Positions 22,787-32,075 of a stretch of DNA of 32,075 nt are shown here, in pieces. The translations under genes were made by a program, and so were the position numbers. The stretch's first letter is position 1, and every line of letters starts with the position of its first letter. Source of the stretch: Macrostomum lignano (lineage: Eukaryota); NCBI GenBank assembly GCA_002269645.1, contig NIVC01004895.1, positions 1-32,075 on the forward strand. The letters run 5' to 3'. The notes under the pieces were generated by a model that ran no database searches, was not told where the DNA came from, and saw only the letters and a program-made list of their open reading frames with translations.

Positions 22787-23080
22787 GTCGCTGTAGCCTA
22801 GTGGTTAGAACGTCCTACTAGCGACTGAAAGGTCGGGAGTTCGATTTTCGACCCACTCGGAAAAATTTGTGTTCTTGAGCAAGACACTTAACTCTGCATT
22901 GCTTCAGTTCACCCAGCTGTAAAATGGGTGCCAGCATTAGCTGGGGTAATTGAGGGTGTGTGGCGACTACCCAGTCCTTGGACTGAACAGCCGTACGCAG
23001 CCTTCAGATGAGCTGCCAGTTGAGCTGTCGGTTGCTCATCTGGCCATCAGGGCAGTTGTAATCAATTATTATTATTAATA
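22787..23080 (+). mobile_element. tRNA-derived SINE with CORE-like central domain and (ATT)n tail
   Basis: Pol III A box TAGCCTAGTGG at 22794-22804 and B-box-like GAGTTCGATTT at 22837-22847. The segment 22868-22928 (TGTGTTCTTGAGCAAGACACTTAAC...CAGCTGTAAAATGGG) resembles the MIR/CORE-SINE core as I recall it. 3' hairpin CAGATGAGC..GCTCATCTG; ATT-repeat tail at ~23065-23080. No TSD found. Confidence 0.75.
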
Positions 23081-23402
23081 TTTTAGATCATGGAAGTGTT
23101 CAGGTTTCAGCTCAGAATAACTTTCCATTCTTCAACGCACACTTTCTACAAATAATGCATGCCTTGAAGGAAACTTTGGCTTGCGGATGTGAAGCAACGA
23201 GAAACACGCAAGATTTTTATCAGGAAAATTACATATCTGCGTATCTACATGTACGAGTAATAAGACTGCTAAACTTGGTTATTGCCACTGAATATTGAAT
23301 CTGGTTATTGCTATTTTTTTGTTAACCAACATTTAGCGAATCGTCTAACTTTAAAATGAGCTTCTGGAAATGTTACTGCAATACAACAACAACAACAAAA
23401 TA

Positions 23403-24708
23403 CGAGGGGCACTAGATAAGTTTCTAGCTGCGGTCAACATGTAACAGTTATAAAGATGAAACTTTCAGAGCTTTTCAAAGTACTCTCCATCAGCTTGGAT
23501 ACACCGCCTCATCCGCTCAAACCAAGTTTCAAAGCAGTGGCGCCACTCTGAGTGGGATACCCCCTCAACGGCCGATCTATAGGCATCAACAGCCTCTTCG
23601 GCGGAGGAAAATCGGCACCCTCGCATGGAATTCTTGATGAATGGAAATAAAAAAAAGTCACACGGTGCCAGGTCAGGTGAATATGGTGGATGACTGAGCT
23701 GCTGGAAGCCCACCGTCTGTAGAAACTCTCGAGTTCGATTCGCCGTGTGCGCACTGGCGTTGTCCTGGTGCAGCCAGAGACCTCGAACGCCGCACTTTGG
23801 CCGCGCCTCTTTAAGGCTGCTGATGACACGCGGCAGGCAGACGGTGCAGTACCAATCTGCAGTCACTGTGCGCTGGCTCTCGAGTGCTACAGTCGCAATG
23901 TGGCCAGTCTTTCGGAAGAAAGTTGCCACCATTTGCTTGCCAGTGCTCCGACCCCTGACAACCTTGGTCGGCGGGGCTTCATCTTCAAAAGCCCACACAC
24001 GCGACTGGCATTTCCGCTCGGGTTCGTAGCAATACACCCACGTTTCGTCACATGTGACAATGTCTGTGACAGACTTCGACGTCCCTCCGCCAAACCTGTC
24101 CAGCATTTCCTGGCACCAGCTCATGCGGGCCTGCTTCTGCTCGGTGGTGAGCAAATGCGGCACCCAGCGACTGGTCAGCTTGCGGACAGCGAGGTGATCA
24201 CGAAGGATAGAAGCGACTGTCGGCGATGAGATTCCAAGACATGCCTCAATCGTTTGATACGTCACTCGCCGATCAGCCTCAATCATGCGCCGCACGCGGT
24301 CGATAGTTTCAGGTGTCGTCACTGAAACAGGTCGGCCGGTTCGACCTTCGTCTTCCAAGCTGTCTCGGCCACGCTTGAACTCCCGGAACCAGGCGGTGAC
24401 GGTGGCGATGGATGGCGCAAGGTTAGGAAAGGCAGCAGACAGCCGCTCGTGGCACTGGTGAAATGTCAAGCCGCTCTTAAAATCGTAGAAAATCATGGCA
24501 CGAAAGTGTTCACGATTGAGCTCCATTACAGTGCTGAAAGAGTCACAGACCTTGTTGAGACAAAATGCGACAGTGAGAGAATGGTGACAATTAGGTGCAT
24601 GAAACTTTGGGGACCATGATAAAACTTCTTATTCAATATGCTCAGAAAATATGGCCTAATTTGAATAAACGGTTTGACCGCAGCTAAAAACTTATCTAGT
24701 GCCCCTCG
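23403..24708 (-). mobile_element. Full-length mariner (Tc1/mariner, DD34D) DNA transposon, 1306 bp
   Basis: 35-bp TIRs at 23403-23437 and 24674-24708 (CGAGGGGCACTAGATAAGTTT(C/T)TAGCTGCGGTCAA, 34/35 identical). TA duplication at 23401-23402 and 24709-24710. Confidence 0.97.
23465..24526 (-). CDS. Intact mariner transposase, 353 aa
   Basis: N-terminal HTH region (WFREFKRG..EDEGRTGRP), linker WVPHLL, triad IVTCDETW / LHQDNASAH / YSPDLAPCD with 34 residues between the last two Asp. No stops or frameshifts. Confidence 0.97.
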   Translation of the reverse strand: MELNREHFRAMIFYDFKSGLTFHQCHERLSAAFPNLAPSIATVTAWFREFKRGRDSLEDEGRTGRPVSVTTPETIDRVRRMIEADRRVTYQTIEACLGISSPTVASILRDHLAVRKLTSRWVPHLLTTEQKQARMSWCQEMLDRFGGGTSKSVTDIVTCDETWVYCYEPERKCQSRVWAFEDEAPPTKVVRGRSTGKQMVATFFRKTGHIATVALESQRTVTADWYCTVCLPRVISSLKEARPKCGVRGLWLHQDNASAHTANRTREFLQTVGFQQLSHPPYSPDLAPCDFFLFPFIKNSMRGCRFSSAEEAVDAYRSAVEGVSHSEWRHCFETWFERMRRCIQADGEYFEKL

Positions 24709-24736
24709 TACGTTGTCAATCAGTTAGCAGACAACG

Positions 24737-26276
24737 TCACAAGGCGCGTTTCAAGGCCTGGGCGCGAACGTAGGCTGCACCGCCGGCAGTGTCCGGGGCG
24801 CCTGCATCAGCCAGCAGGCAGTCGACGAAACGCCGAGTGCGCGCGCCTGCCCCCGCCGGTAGGGTGCCTGCAGCGTCAGCAGCAGCACCTGCACCAGCTG
24901 TGGGCAGTACGACTCTGCTCGGATGAAATGGCTTGCTAGCTGGAGTCGCCCACGGCGCAACAGTTCGCTGGGGCGGGACAGGCCAGTGCGGCGATAGAGT
25001 GCCGCATTGGTGACTCGCTCGTAGCCTGTCTTAAAGGCGGCGCGCAGCCGGCCAGCGTGCGCCGCATCGACCAGCTGTTCGAGCGAGTCCGTCAGCGTCC
25101 AGGTCTCGGCGTTGTACAACAGGACGGTCTCGATCACCGCCTGGAACAACGCCGCCCTCTGGCGGTCGGGCAGGGCCTCGGACTGCAGGACAACCCTCAC
25201 GGAACGGAAGGTAGCCCAGGCAAGTCCACGGCGACGTCTCAGATCCTTGCGAACGTCAGGCACCAGACCACCGAGGTAGACGAACTGCTGACAGCACGGA
25301 AGCTTCGTCACCTGCCCGTCCGCGCCTCGGCAGAAAATTGCAGCCTCGGTGTCGTCCGGCACGCATAGCACGACGGTCTTCTGCGTGTTGACCACCAGGC
25401 CGACACTCGCCGCAACGCTCACCAGCCGGTCCAGCTGGCGTTGGGCGCCCTCGACGGTCGATGACAGCAGGGCGAGATCATCGGCGTAGCCCAGAATGCT
25501 AAGCCGCCTTTCCGGTTGACGTCGACCCACGCGTCGCTGCAACAGGAAGCCGTCGTGGGACAAACAAGAACGGCGCAAGCGTATTTCCCTGAAGCACCCC
25601 AGAGGATGTCTCAAAGAAATCCGACAGGCCGTCCGATTTCAGCACAGCAGCGTTCCTGCGTGATACAGCGCCATGACGGCGGAGATCAGCTGCTCTGGCA
25701 CGTTGTACGCACGAAGCACCATTGGGAGCACGGCCCTCACGACCGAGTCGAAAGCCTTCCTGAATTCAACAAAGAGAGAAATCAGGCTTGACTGGCGGGT
25801 CCGCGCTTCCTCGATGACTCGGCGAAGAGCCAGGATCTGCCCCATTGTGCCACGATGGGGCCGGAACCCGTTCTGCTCAGGCCGCAAGTACGGATCCAGC
25901 ACGGGCTGCAACCGCGATAGCAGCATCCGGTTGAACAGCTTCACAGCACAGGACTGCAGGCAGATATACCTCTGTGCTCCTCAAGCCGCGTGGTGCACGG
26001 CTTCTTCGGAATAGCGACGATGTGTGCCGTGGTCCATTCGTTGGGTGCCGCCACACCGCAAAGCACGCGGTTCATCAAACTGGCGACCTCGCTGGCCACA
26101 CAGTGGAGTCGCAGCGCCTCGATGGGCACCTCGTCGGGACCCAGCGCTTTCCCGCCCGGTGACTGTTGGGCGAGCCTCACAACGTCGGCTGTGCTGACTG
26201 GGGCTGCATTAAAACTCTCCTCTGCCGGCAACGGTGTCTCCGGCGGCAGCCTCAGATCGTTTGGAATCGTTTGGAA
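24737..26276 (-). pseudogene. Frameshifted RTE-type reverse transcriptase (ORF2 remnant)
   Basis: Pieces in successive frames: KALGPDEVPIE..WTTAHIVAIPKK..RGIS; QNGFRPHRGT..ILALRRVIE..LFVEFRKAFDSV; SSGVLQGNTLAPFLFV; LGYADDLALL..VNTQKT..FVYLGG..LLYNAETWTLT; RGQAR/TRRFVDCLLADAG..stop at 24737-24739. At least four frameshifts, QGD changed to QGN, and no endonuclease domain. Confidence 0.9.
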
Positions 26277-29200
26277 TACTGCAATAATGGCTTAAATAAC
26301 GCAGGTGTCCCGTTGGACACGAAGTAAATGGGTACAGAGTAGCTAAAACTTTTTTCGGACACACTTGAAACTCTTTAAAGAAACTCTTGCAATGAAATAG
26401 GCCTAGTGCTTTGCGGAGTTTCATCCGTCTACTGGAGCAGCCTTCGAAGGATTTTGGTACTGAGAGAGCCACTGTGTCGCAGAAGTGTGCAACAATATAA
26501 CGCCTCAGGGAAAGGTAAAAAGGAGGTTAATATCCCCTCTGACATCCTTGTGAGCTTTGTGAGTCAGATTTGCGAGTCAATTGAGCTGCACAACAAGCCG
26601 TCCTGTCCATTCTGCTGACCCCTGAGCGCGGACAGACTCGCTCACACAGAAGTACAGCGTGGCCCTGACTTTCTAATCGTCGGGTACAGCATGTACACGC
26701 TCGATCTGTGCCTTGGTTGTTGGCCCTCGTGGGCGAGAATGGCGCAAGCCCAGATTAATCTTCGTGCACGAGCTTATTCTTGTAAGACTGCATCTGGTAG
26801 GTGGCAGCTGAGACGAAGTTTCAGAAAAACTCGCGAAAAAACTAAGCTACTGTATGCACATGACAGCTTCGAATTCATCGACAAACTTCTTCTCAAATAT
26901 TTGCTTAGCTTAAATGCAGGCAATTTCAGTAGCTGGCCAATTTGCAAGATTCCCAGTACTTTGTTTAGCTAAAATCGCCGAGAAATCTTGTGGCGGCGCA
27001 GTGTGTTGCTTCTGCGGGATTTGCGTTCTTCAGCAATGCCTGATTGGCTTCATTAATTATTTATTAGCCATTCGCATGCTGAGGTTACCTGTAGGCAGAA
27101 GAAAATTGGCTTGAATTTTTGGTTCAGGAAGCTGACTGACATTGCAGCTGTTAGCGTAGCTGTTTCGTCATATCTATACATATACGATACACTATATTAT
27201 CCATGTAAACTGACTCATGAAAATTATGCTACTCAACTTCTTGACACCATGAGCACAGCTTTTGTCGTGCTATGAGGTGCCAATTTCAAGCGTTTGAGTT
27301 TAAATGTAACTCGAGAAAGCAAGACAAGTCCATTGGTCATGCTTCAGGAAAAAAAGGAACGATTTGAGTTTTATTTTACAGACAGACTAAAAAACAGACA
27401 TTGATTGAAATTTACATACGCCATTGCGTAGCACATACGCTAACGCAGAGCGTTCACACTTCGCGATGTCAAACTTGAATGGATCCATTCGCGTCGATGA
27501 AGTCATTCAGTCGCTCTACTGAGCTCCTCTCTTGACACTCGGAACTGGCCACGCAACACTCCTTGTTCAACTGTTCCAATGTGACACACTTGATCAACAT
27601 CCTCGAGAGAAAGTGCTTCAGCAGCTTTCTTCAAGTCTAAATCATCTATGTACTTCTCGATCTCGGCGCCAGTAAGTCCACTTATCATTCCTCCAGGGAA
27701 AGCGTCCCAATGAAGAAGCCGGGTCGTAGTCATTTTACAGCTCGTCAGTCAACTGAGAAGTCCTTTCTCCATTCCTGAATTCACTATCTGTATAGCACTG
27801 TTTCGTAAGACAGTCTATGGTAGTCTGGTAAAAATGAAACAGTATGAATCATTTACGACTCGTAGTTTATACCATAGACATCAGTATATACATACACTTT
27901 TCTGAATATTCAATTTTAGCGAGCTTATGTGGGGGCTCCGCCCCCGGAACGGCGCTGAACACTACCATAGACAAAACGCAAAATAAGAAAATCTTAAGGA
28001 GGCATTGATGCACGAACAGAAAACACAATGTACCAGTAACTAAAGCACGGCTTGGTCGTGTAGCCACGCCCATAGACACTCGTGCGCGCGACTCCCAGCC
28101 GTGCTTTAGTGCCTCATTAATCGAAATTTCCCATCACGGTAATAACCTCTGCCTAATGGCTGGTCATTAACTGACAATCCGGTTTCGATCATAGACAATG
28201 CAATCAATGTAGTTAACATGAAGCGAATTTTAAGTTAATCGCCAAATTGCCACTCGTGCGCTATGCACACTTATGACCTTGATCTTGAAACTTAAAATCT
28301 CGCTTCTTATTAACCTTCCATTGACCATTAAATGAAGCATATTTTAAATCACAGATTGAAAGCATCAAATTTTAGAGAAGATCAGCTCCTAAAACGAGAT
28401 TTTCTTAAAATCGTGTCCCGATGGTCTCTGGGATCTCTAAATTACGTGGATAATTCGATGAGACAAAAGTAAACACGCATCTCGAATTTAGTTTAATGTC
28501 CAGTTTAAACCAGACAGTCAGTTGAATGAAGTCATTTTGGTAAATTACTTCACAAACGCGTCATCTTCAATAGACTGTTCCTCGATTTGCTGTTCCATTT
28601 ATGCGCTCCTCGCGCCGGTTTGCCGTTGAAGAAGGGCATCAACTTGTGACCTCTCGACAATCAAGATATGGTTACTCCAGACAGTTTCTTGGCTGCATGA
28701 TGGTACTGTAGCTCGTGTGATATCTGTTCCTCTCCAGATTTTTAAACCCTCTTATGTGTGTAAAATGTAACCCTAACCCAAACCGAGGAATCTTTCAAAC
28801 CTCCTCTTCATTCATATTAAGCATCAGCATGAAGACAATGGATGTCCATAGCCAAAATAGAGAGAGGCTTTTGAGTTTGTATATCAATAATTAGAGTATC
28901 ACAAATTGTTTTTTTACGTGTTGTTAACGTCTATGGCACGAGTGCGCGTAGCGAGGAGACCGAACTAGAGGCGTTGACAAGGAGTTCTATAATTAGCAAC
29001 CTGGAGTGGAAACGAGTTTTTCAGTTTTATCTCATGAGGCCAGACTAGCATAGACAGAGTCAGACAGAGCCATCGACATTCAGTGCTGGCTCCTTATTCT
29101 TTACAATTACGTGGCCTCATGTGGTAAAACTCGTTTCCGCTCCAGATTGCTAATTGTCAATCCATCATTATCGATTTTTCAGTGAATGCTCACTGGTATG

Positions 29201-29684
29201 GGCATGGGGGTGTGGGGGCGAAGCCCTCGCATTTCAACCATAGACATAATGATTTAGTGAGAAACTATACAGTTCAACTATAGAGAAAGAATAAAGGAAA
29301 AAATCCATCATCGGCGCGACTTTTCGGGCCAAAATGAAATCGTCTATGGCAATAATCGAATATCAGCCCGCCCGATAGCCACGTAGTCATGGTACAATTT
29401 GTCTACTTTGCTCGTATTAGCGTCTATGGCTTCGGCAGTGCCATAGATATAGAAGTCGACCAACAGTACAGAACCGCTGCTCTAAAGCGACTATAAAAGC
29501 GAGAGGGCGCTTTGTCTGTTCCGTGCCTCACAACATTTTTTAACCACCGATTCAATCAGTTGATAATAACTGTTAAGCCAATTAGTAAACTATATTCGTT
29601 CGGTTTAACTATCCATTTAGACAGACGATCATGGCTTATCAGCCACTACAAAATTGCCTGTTGTCGCTTTTGCTAATTGGTAAG

Positions 29685-30043
29685 GGGGGCCGTAGCCCAG
29701 CGGTAGCGCAGCTGCTCTGGTGTGCCGCAACCCAGGCTCGATTCCAAGTGCAGCCACATTAATTTGGGGCTGGATTGGAATCTTGGCTTGGTTCGCTTGT
29801 GCAATTAACGGCCTTGAGAGCCAACCCCCCCAAGGCGCAGTGAAGTGTACATGCCTAACAATTGATAAAGTTAGGGCCGCTGTACACTCCTGTGTGAGTG
29901 TGTGCCTGCGTAACGTATCCACGCGCTTGTATGCCTGCTCAGGGGAGTCGGCGGAATGGGCAGTAATGCCTCTCGCCGGTTGTGTGACAATGTCGCTTAA
30001 ATTGCGCCAGGGTGCACACAACCCCCCTGCCTGTAATAAAAAA
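29685..30043 (+). mobile_element. Second tRNA-derived SINE (359 bp) with 15-bp TSD
   Basis: TSD TTGCTAATTGGTAAG at 29670-29684 and 30044-30058. A box TAGCCCAGCGG at 29693-29703, B-box-like GGCTCGATTCC at 29735-29745, and an AATAAAAAA tail. The body shows no visible similarity to the SINE at 22787. Confidence 0.85.
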
Positions 30044-30205
30044 TTGCTAATTGGTAAGCCTTTGTCCTTATTTATATCAATCTACTTATTGTAAATTGTA
30101 TCAGCTACATTTTGATGCCTGTTTGATGCCCGGTAGCTAATAAAAAAATGCGACACTCCGTATTCCTCTAGGCGCCTTTTTACTATCGACTTCTAACGCG
30201 ATGCC

Positions 30206-30622
30206 GATGCTGCGTGACCCCATGCTCGACAAAAGGATGCTGCGTGACCCCTTGCTGGACAAGAGGATGCTGCGTGATCCCATGCTCGACAAGAGGATGC
30301 TGCGTGACCCTTGCTGGACAAAAGGATGCTGCGTGATCCCATGCTCGACAAGAGGATGCTGCGTGACCCCATGCTCGACAAGAGGATGCTGCGTGACCCC
30401 TTGCTGGACAAGAGGATGCTGCGTGATCCCATGCTCGACAAGAGGATGCTGCGTGACCCCTTGCTGGACAAGAGGATGCTGCGCGATCCCATGCTCGACA
30501 AGAGGATGCTGCGTGACCCCATGCTCGACAAGAGGATGCTGCGTGACCCCTTGCTCGACAAGAGGATGCTGCGTGGCCCTCGCTCGACATGAAGATGCTG
30601 CGTGACCCCATGCTTGACTAGA
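30206..30622. repeat. 30-bp minisatellite family A, array 2, ~14 copies
   Basis: Same unit and orientation as 21651-22316; includes a 1-bp deletion at ~30310 and CCCCTTGCT / AAAAGG variants. Confidence 0.97.
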
Positions 30623-32075
30623 GCTCGACAACTTAGAAGGAAGCCATCTTAGACAGGATCTTATGATTATGAAAAGCGAATGCTTAGCCTGTTGACTGAA
30701 CTAATTTAACAGGACTGTTACGACAATTAATAAGCATAAAAGAAAACTGTTTATTCGGTACCAAGTTAAACTAAAAATACACCAGTCACTTTGTTTGCAT
30801 TGCGCATGTTCAGAATATAAGTGCTTAATGTCTTAAAAACTATAATTAAAGCGTATGACTATATCCCACTCGGCTAGTTTACTTAAACTTGACAGACTTT
30901 CCACAACTTGAAACAATATGCAGACAAGCCTGAATAGGCCCAAGTTAATGTAATTAGAAACCAGTAAAGGTGTGACGGATAAATAAATGTACCAACATAT
31001 GAACATCATGTACCTTAACTTGCAGTAAGTAGCCCACGCTTATGAAAACTAAGTTCAAGTGCTCGGTAGAGATGTCTATGGTCAAAAGGCTACTACTTAC
31101 TGATTTGTTGCAAAGCCGCAGACTGGCAAATCTATGGGCCTAATAGCGCGTGTAGCTACTGTACTGTCTGACCCAAATTCGAGGCTATATTCGGCATTCT
31201 TTCTGGTGTGCGCGTTGAAGCATGATTGAAACACGGCAGCCCGCTCGCTATGGGTGTCTATGGTTTTGTCCAGTGGTCCTTGTCGAGATATCGCCCACTT
31301 TATGCTAGGATTTGCAAATGCAGAAAAACAATGAAACACTTTGCTAAATGAAGTTTTCCAATTGCGATGGTGAACTTGAAAACCGCAGCTTCAGAGCTGA
31401 GATGCAACTGCTGAGCTTTCTTCGATTCAATCGATTTTGCTAGATGATGAAGTCCGATAGATTCTGCGGTGAGAGATACTTCTTAAACCGATTTTGTGGT
31501 TCGAGTATTCGAGACAGGCGCCAATAATGGAAACAGGAAAATTGCATTAATGGAAAACTATGAGCAGGCAGGAACCAGCCTTGTTTATTCAGCTTCTGCA
31601 CAGATTTTTCATCTTTTTTTCAAGACTCGACACCGTTGTTGTGAGTGCAGCTTTTCACTGCGCATTGCAGTGCTTAGCTCCTGCATACATTGATTATCAC
31701 TCGCAGTGTGAAACTGACGCAGCTGAATTGCGGAGTCCGGGGACATTTCAAGGACATATCACAAGTTGATTCGTTACGGGTGAGTCGAAACAGACACCTC
31801 AAAGAAATGCAAGTGGATGCGCACATTGCACCAAGGCTACCATAGACTGTCTGAATTGAATGTGAAAATAGTTCGACTTTGACTGCACTTTTAACAAAAT
31901 AGATTGGAAAAAGGTGTAGTAGCTAGCCACGTTTAAGGGGGGACAGGAACAAAAAAACAAACTTGGGCTTCTTGAACTTTTTGAAGATAAATTAGTTGCA
32001 GTTTTTATAGGATTAATCTCTCTATAGAGATTTTTGATGGTGCTGACTTCAAATTTAAGCTTCATTTTGATGAAC

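Larger units (their letters stand above)
23384..26276 (-). mobile_element. 5'-truncated RTE-clade non-LTR retrotransposon, interrupted by a mariner
   Basis: 10-bp TSD TACTGCAATA at 23374-23383 and 26277-26286. (CAA)n tail on + at 23384-23400, which is (TTG)n on the element strand. RT coding remnants lie at 24737-26276. Confidence 0.88.

Noticed and set aside
22787-22860. tRNA gene
   Set aside because: It has A/B boxes but no proper acceptor-stem closure, and it runs into a SINE core and tail. The same applies to 29685-29750.
23509-25791. Alternative-frame and antisense ORFs inside the mariner and RTE
   Set aside because: They are shadows of GC-rich coding sequence with no independent motifs.
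26406-27114. Short ORFs next to the RTE 5' end as a possible ORF1 or endonuclease
   Set aside because: They lie outside the TSD (26277-26286), so they are not part of the element, and they show no motifs.
27735-27760. Hammerhead ribozyme core (CTGACGAG on the minus strand)
   Set aside because: No stem II followed by GAAA and no stem III/NUH site can be built downstream.
1439-30622. CRISPR-like appearance of the 20-64-bp repeat arrays
   Set aside because: The units are directly head-to-tail with no unique spacers, there are no cas genes, and the context is spliceosomal introns.

Overview
This is eukaryotic (metazoan) genomic DNA. The style of minisatellite-filled introns resembles a free-living flatworm such as Macrostomum, but that is inference only. 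Positions 1232-18739 (+) hold a complete 14-exon sphingosine-1-phosphate lyase gene (SGPL1/Sply-like). I spliced it by hand: all 13 introns are GT-AG with consistent phases, giving a 1632-nt CDS and 543 aa with the PLP-binding CDTHK lysine. About 46% of the intronic DNA (~7.4 of 15.9 kb) is ten mutually unrelated minisatellites with 20-64-bp units. Removing the array shrinks four long introns to 73-97 nt, the size of the repeat-free introns. Downstream are three more arrays (two of one 30-bp family, ~8 kb apart) and two different tRNA-derived SINEs (one CORE-like, one with a 15-bp TSD). There is also a 5'-truncated dead RTE-clade LINE with a 10-bp TSD, with an intact DD34D mariner inserted at a TA just before its tail, and a dense cluster of the 8-mer CCATAGAC. 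No CRISPR array, rRNA or genuine tRNA gene was found. Most ORFs in the supplied track are artefacts of the tandem repeats.
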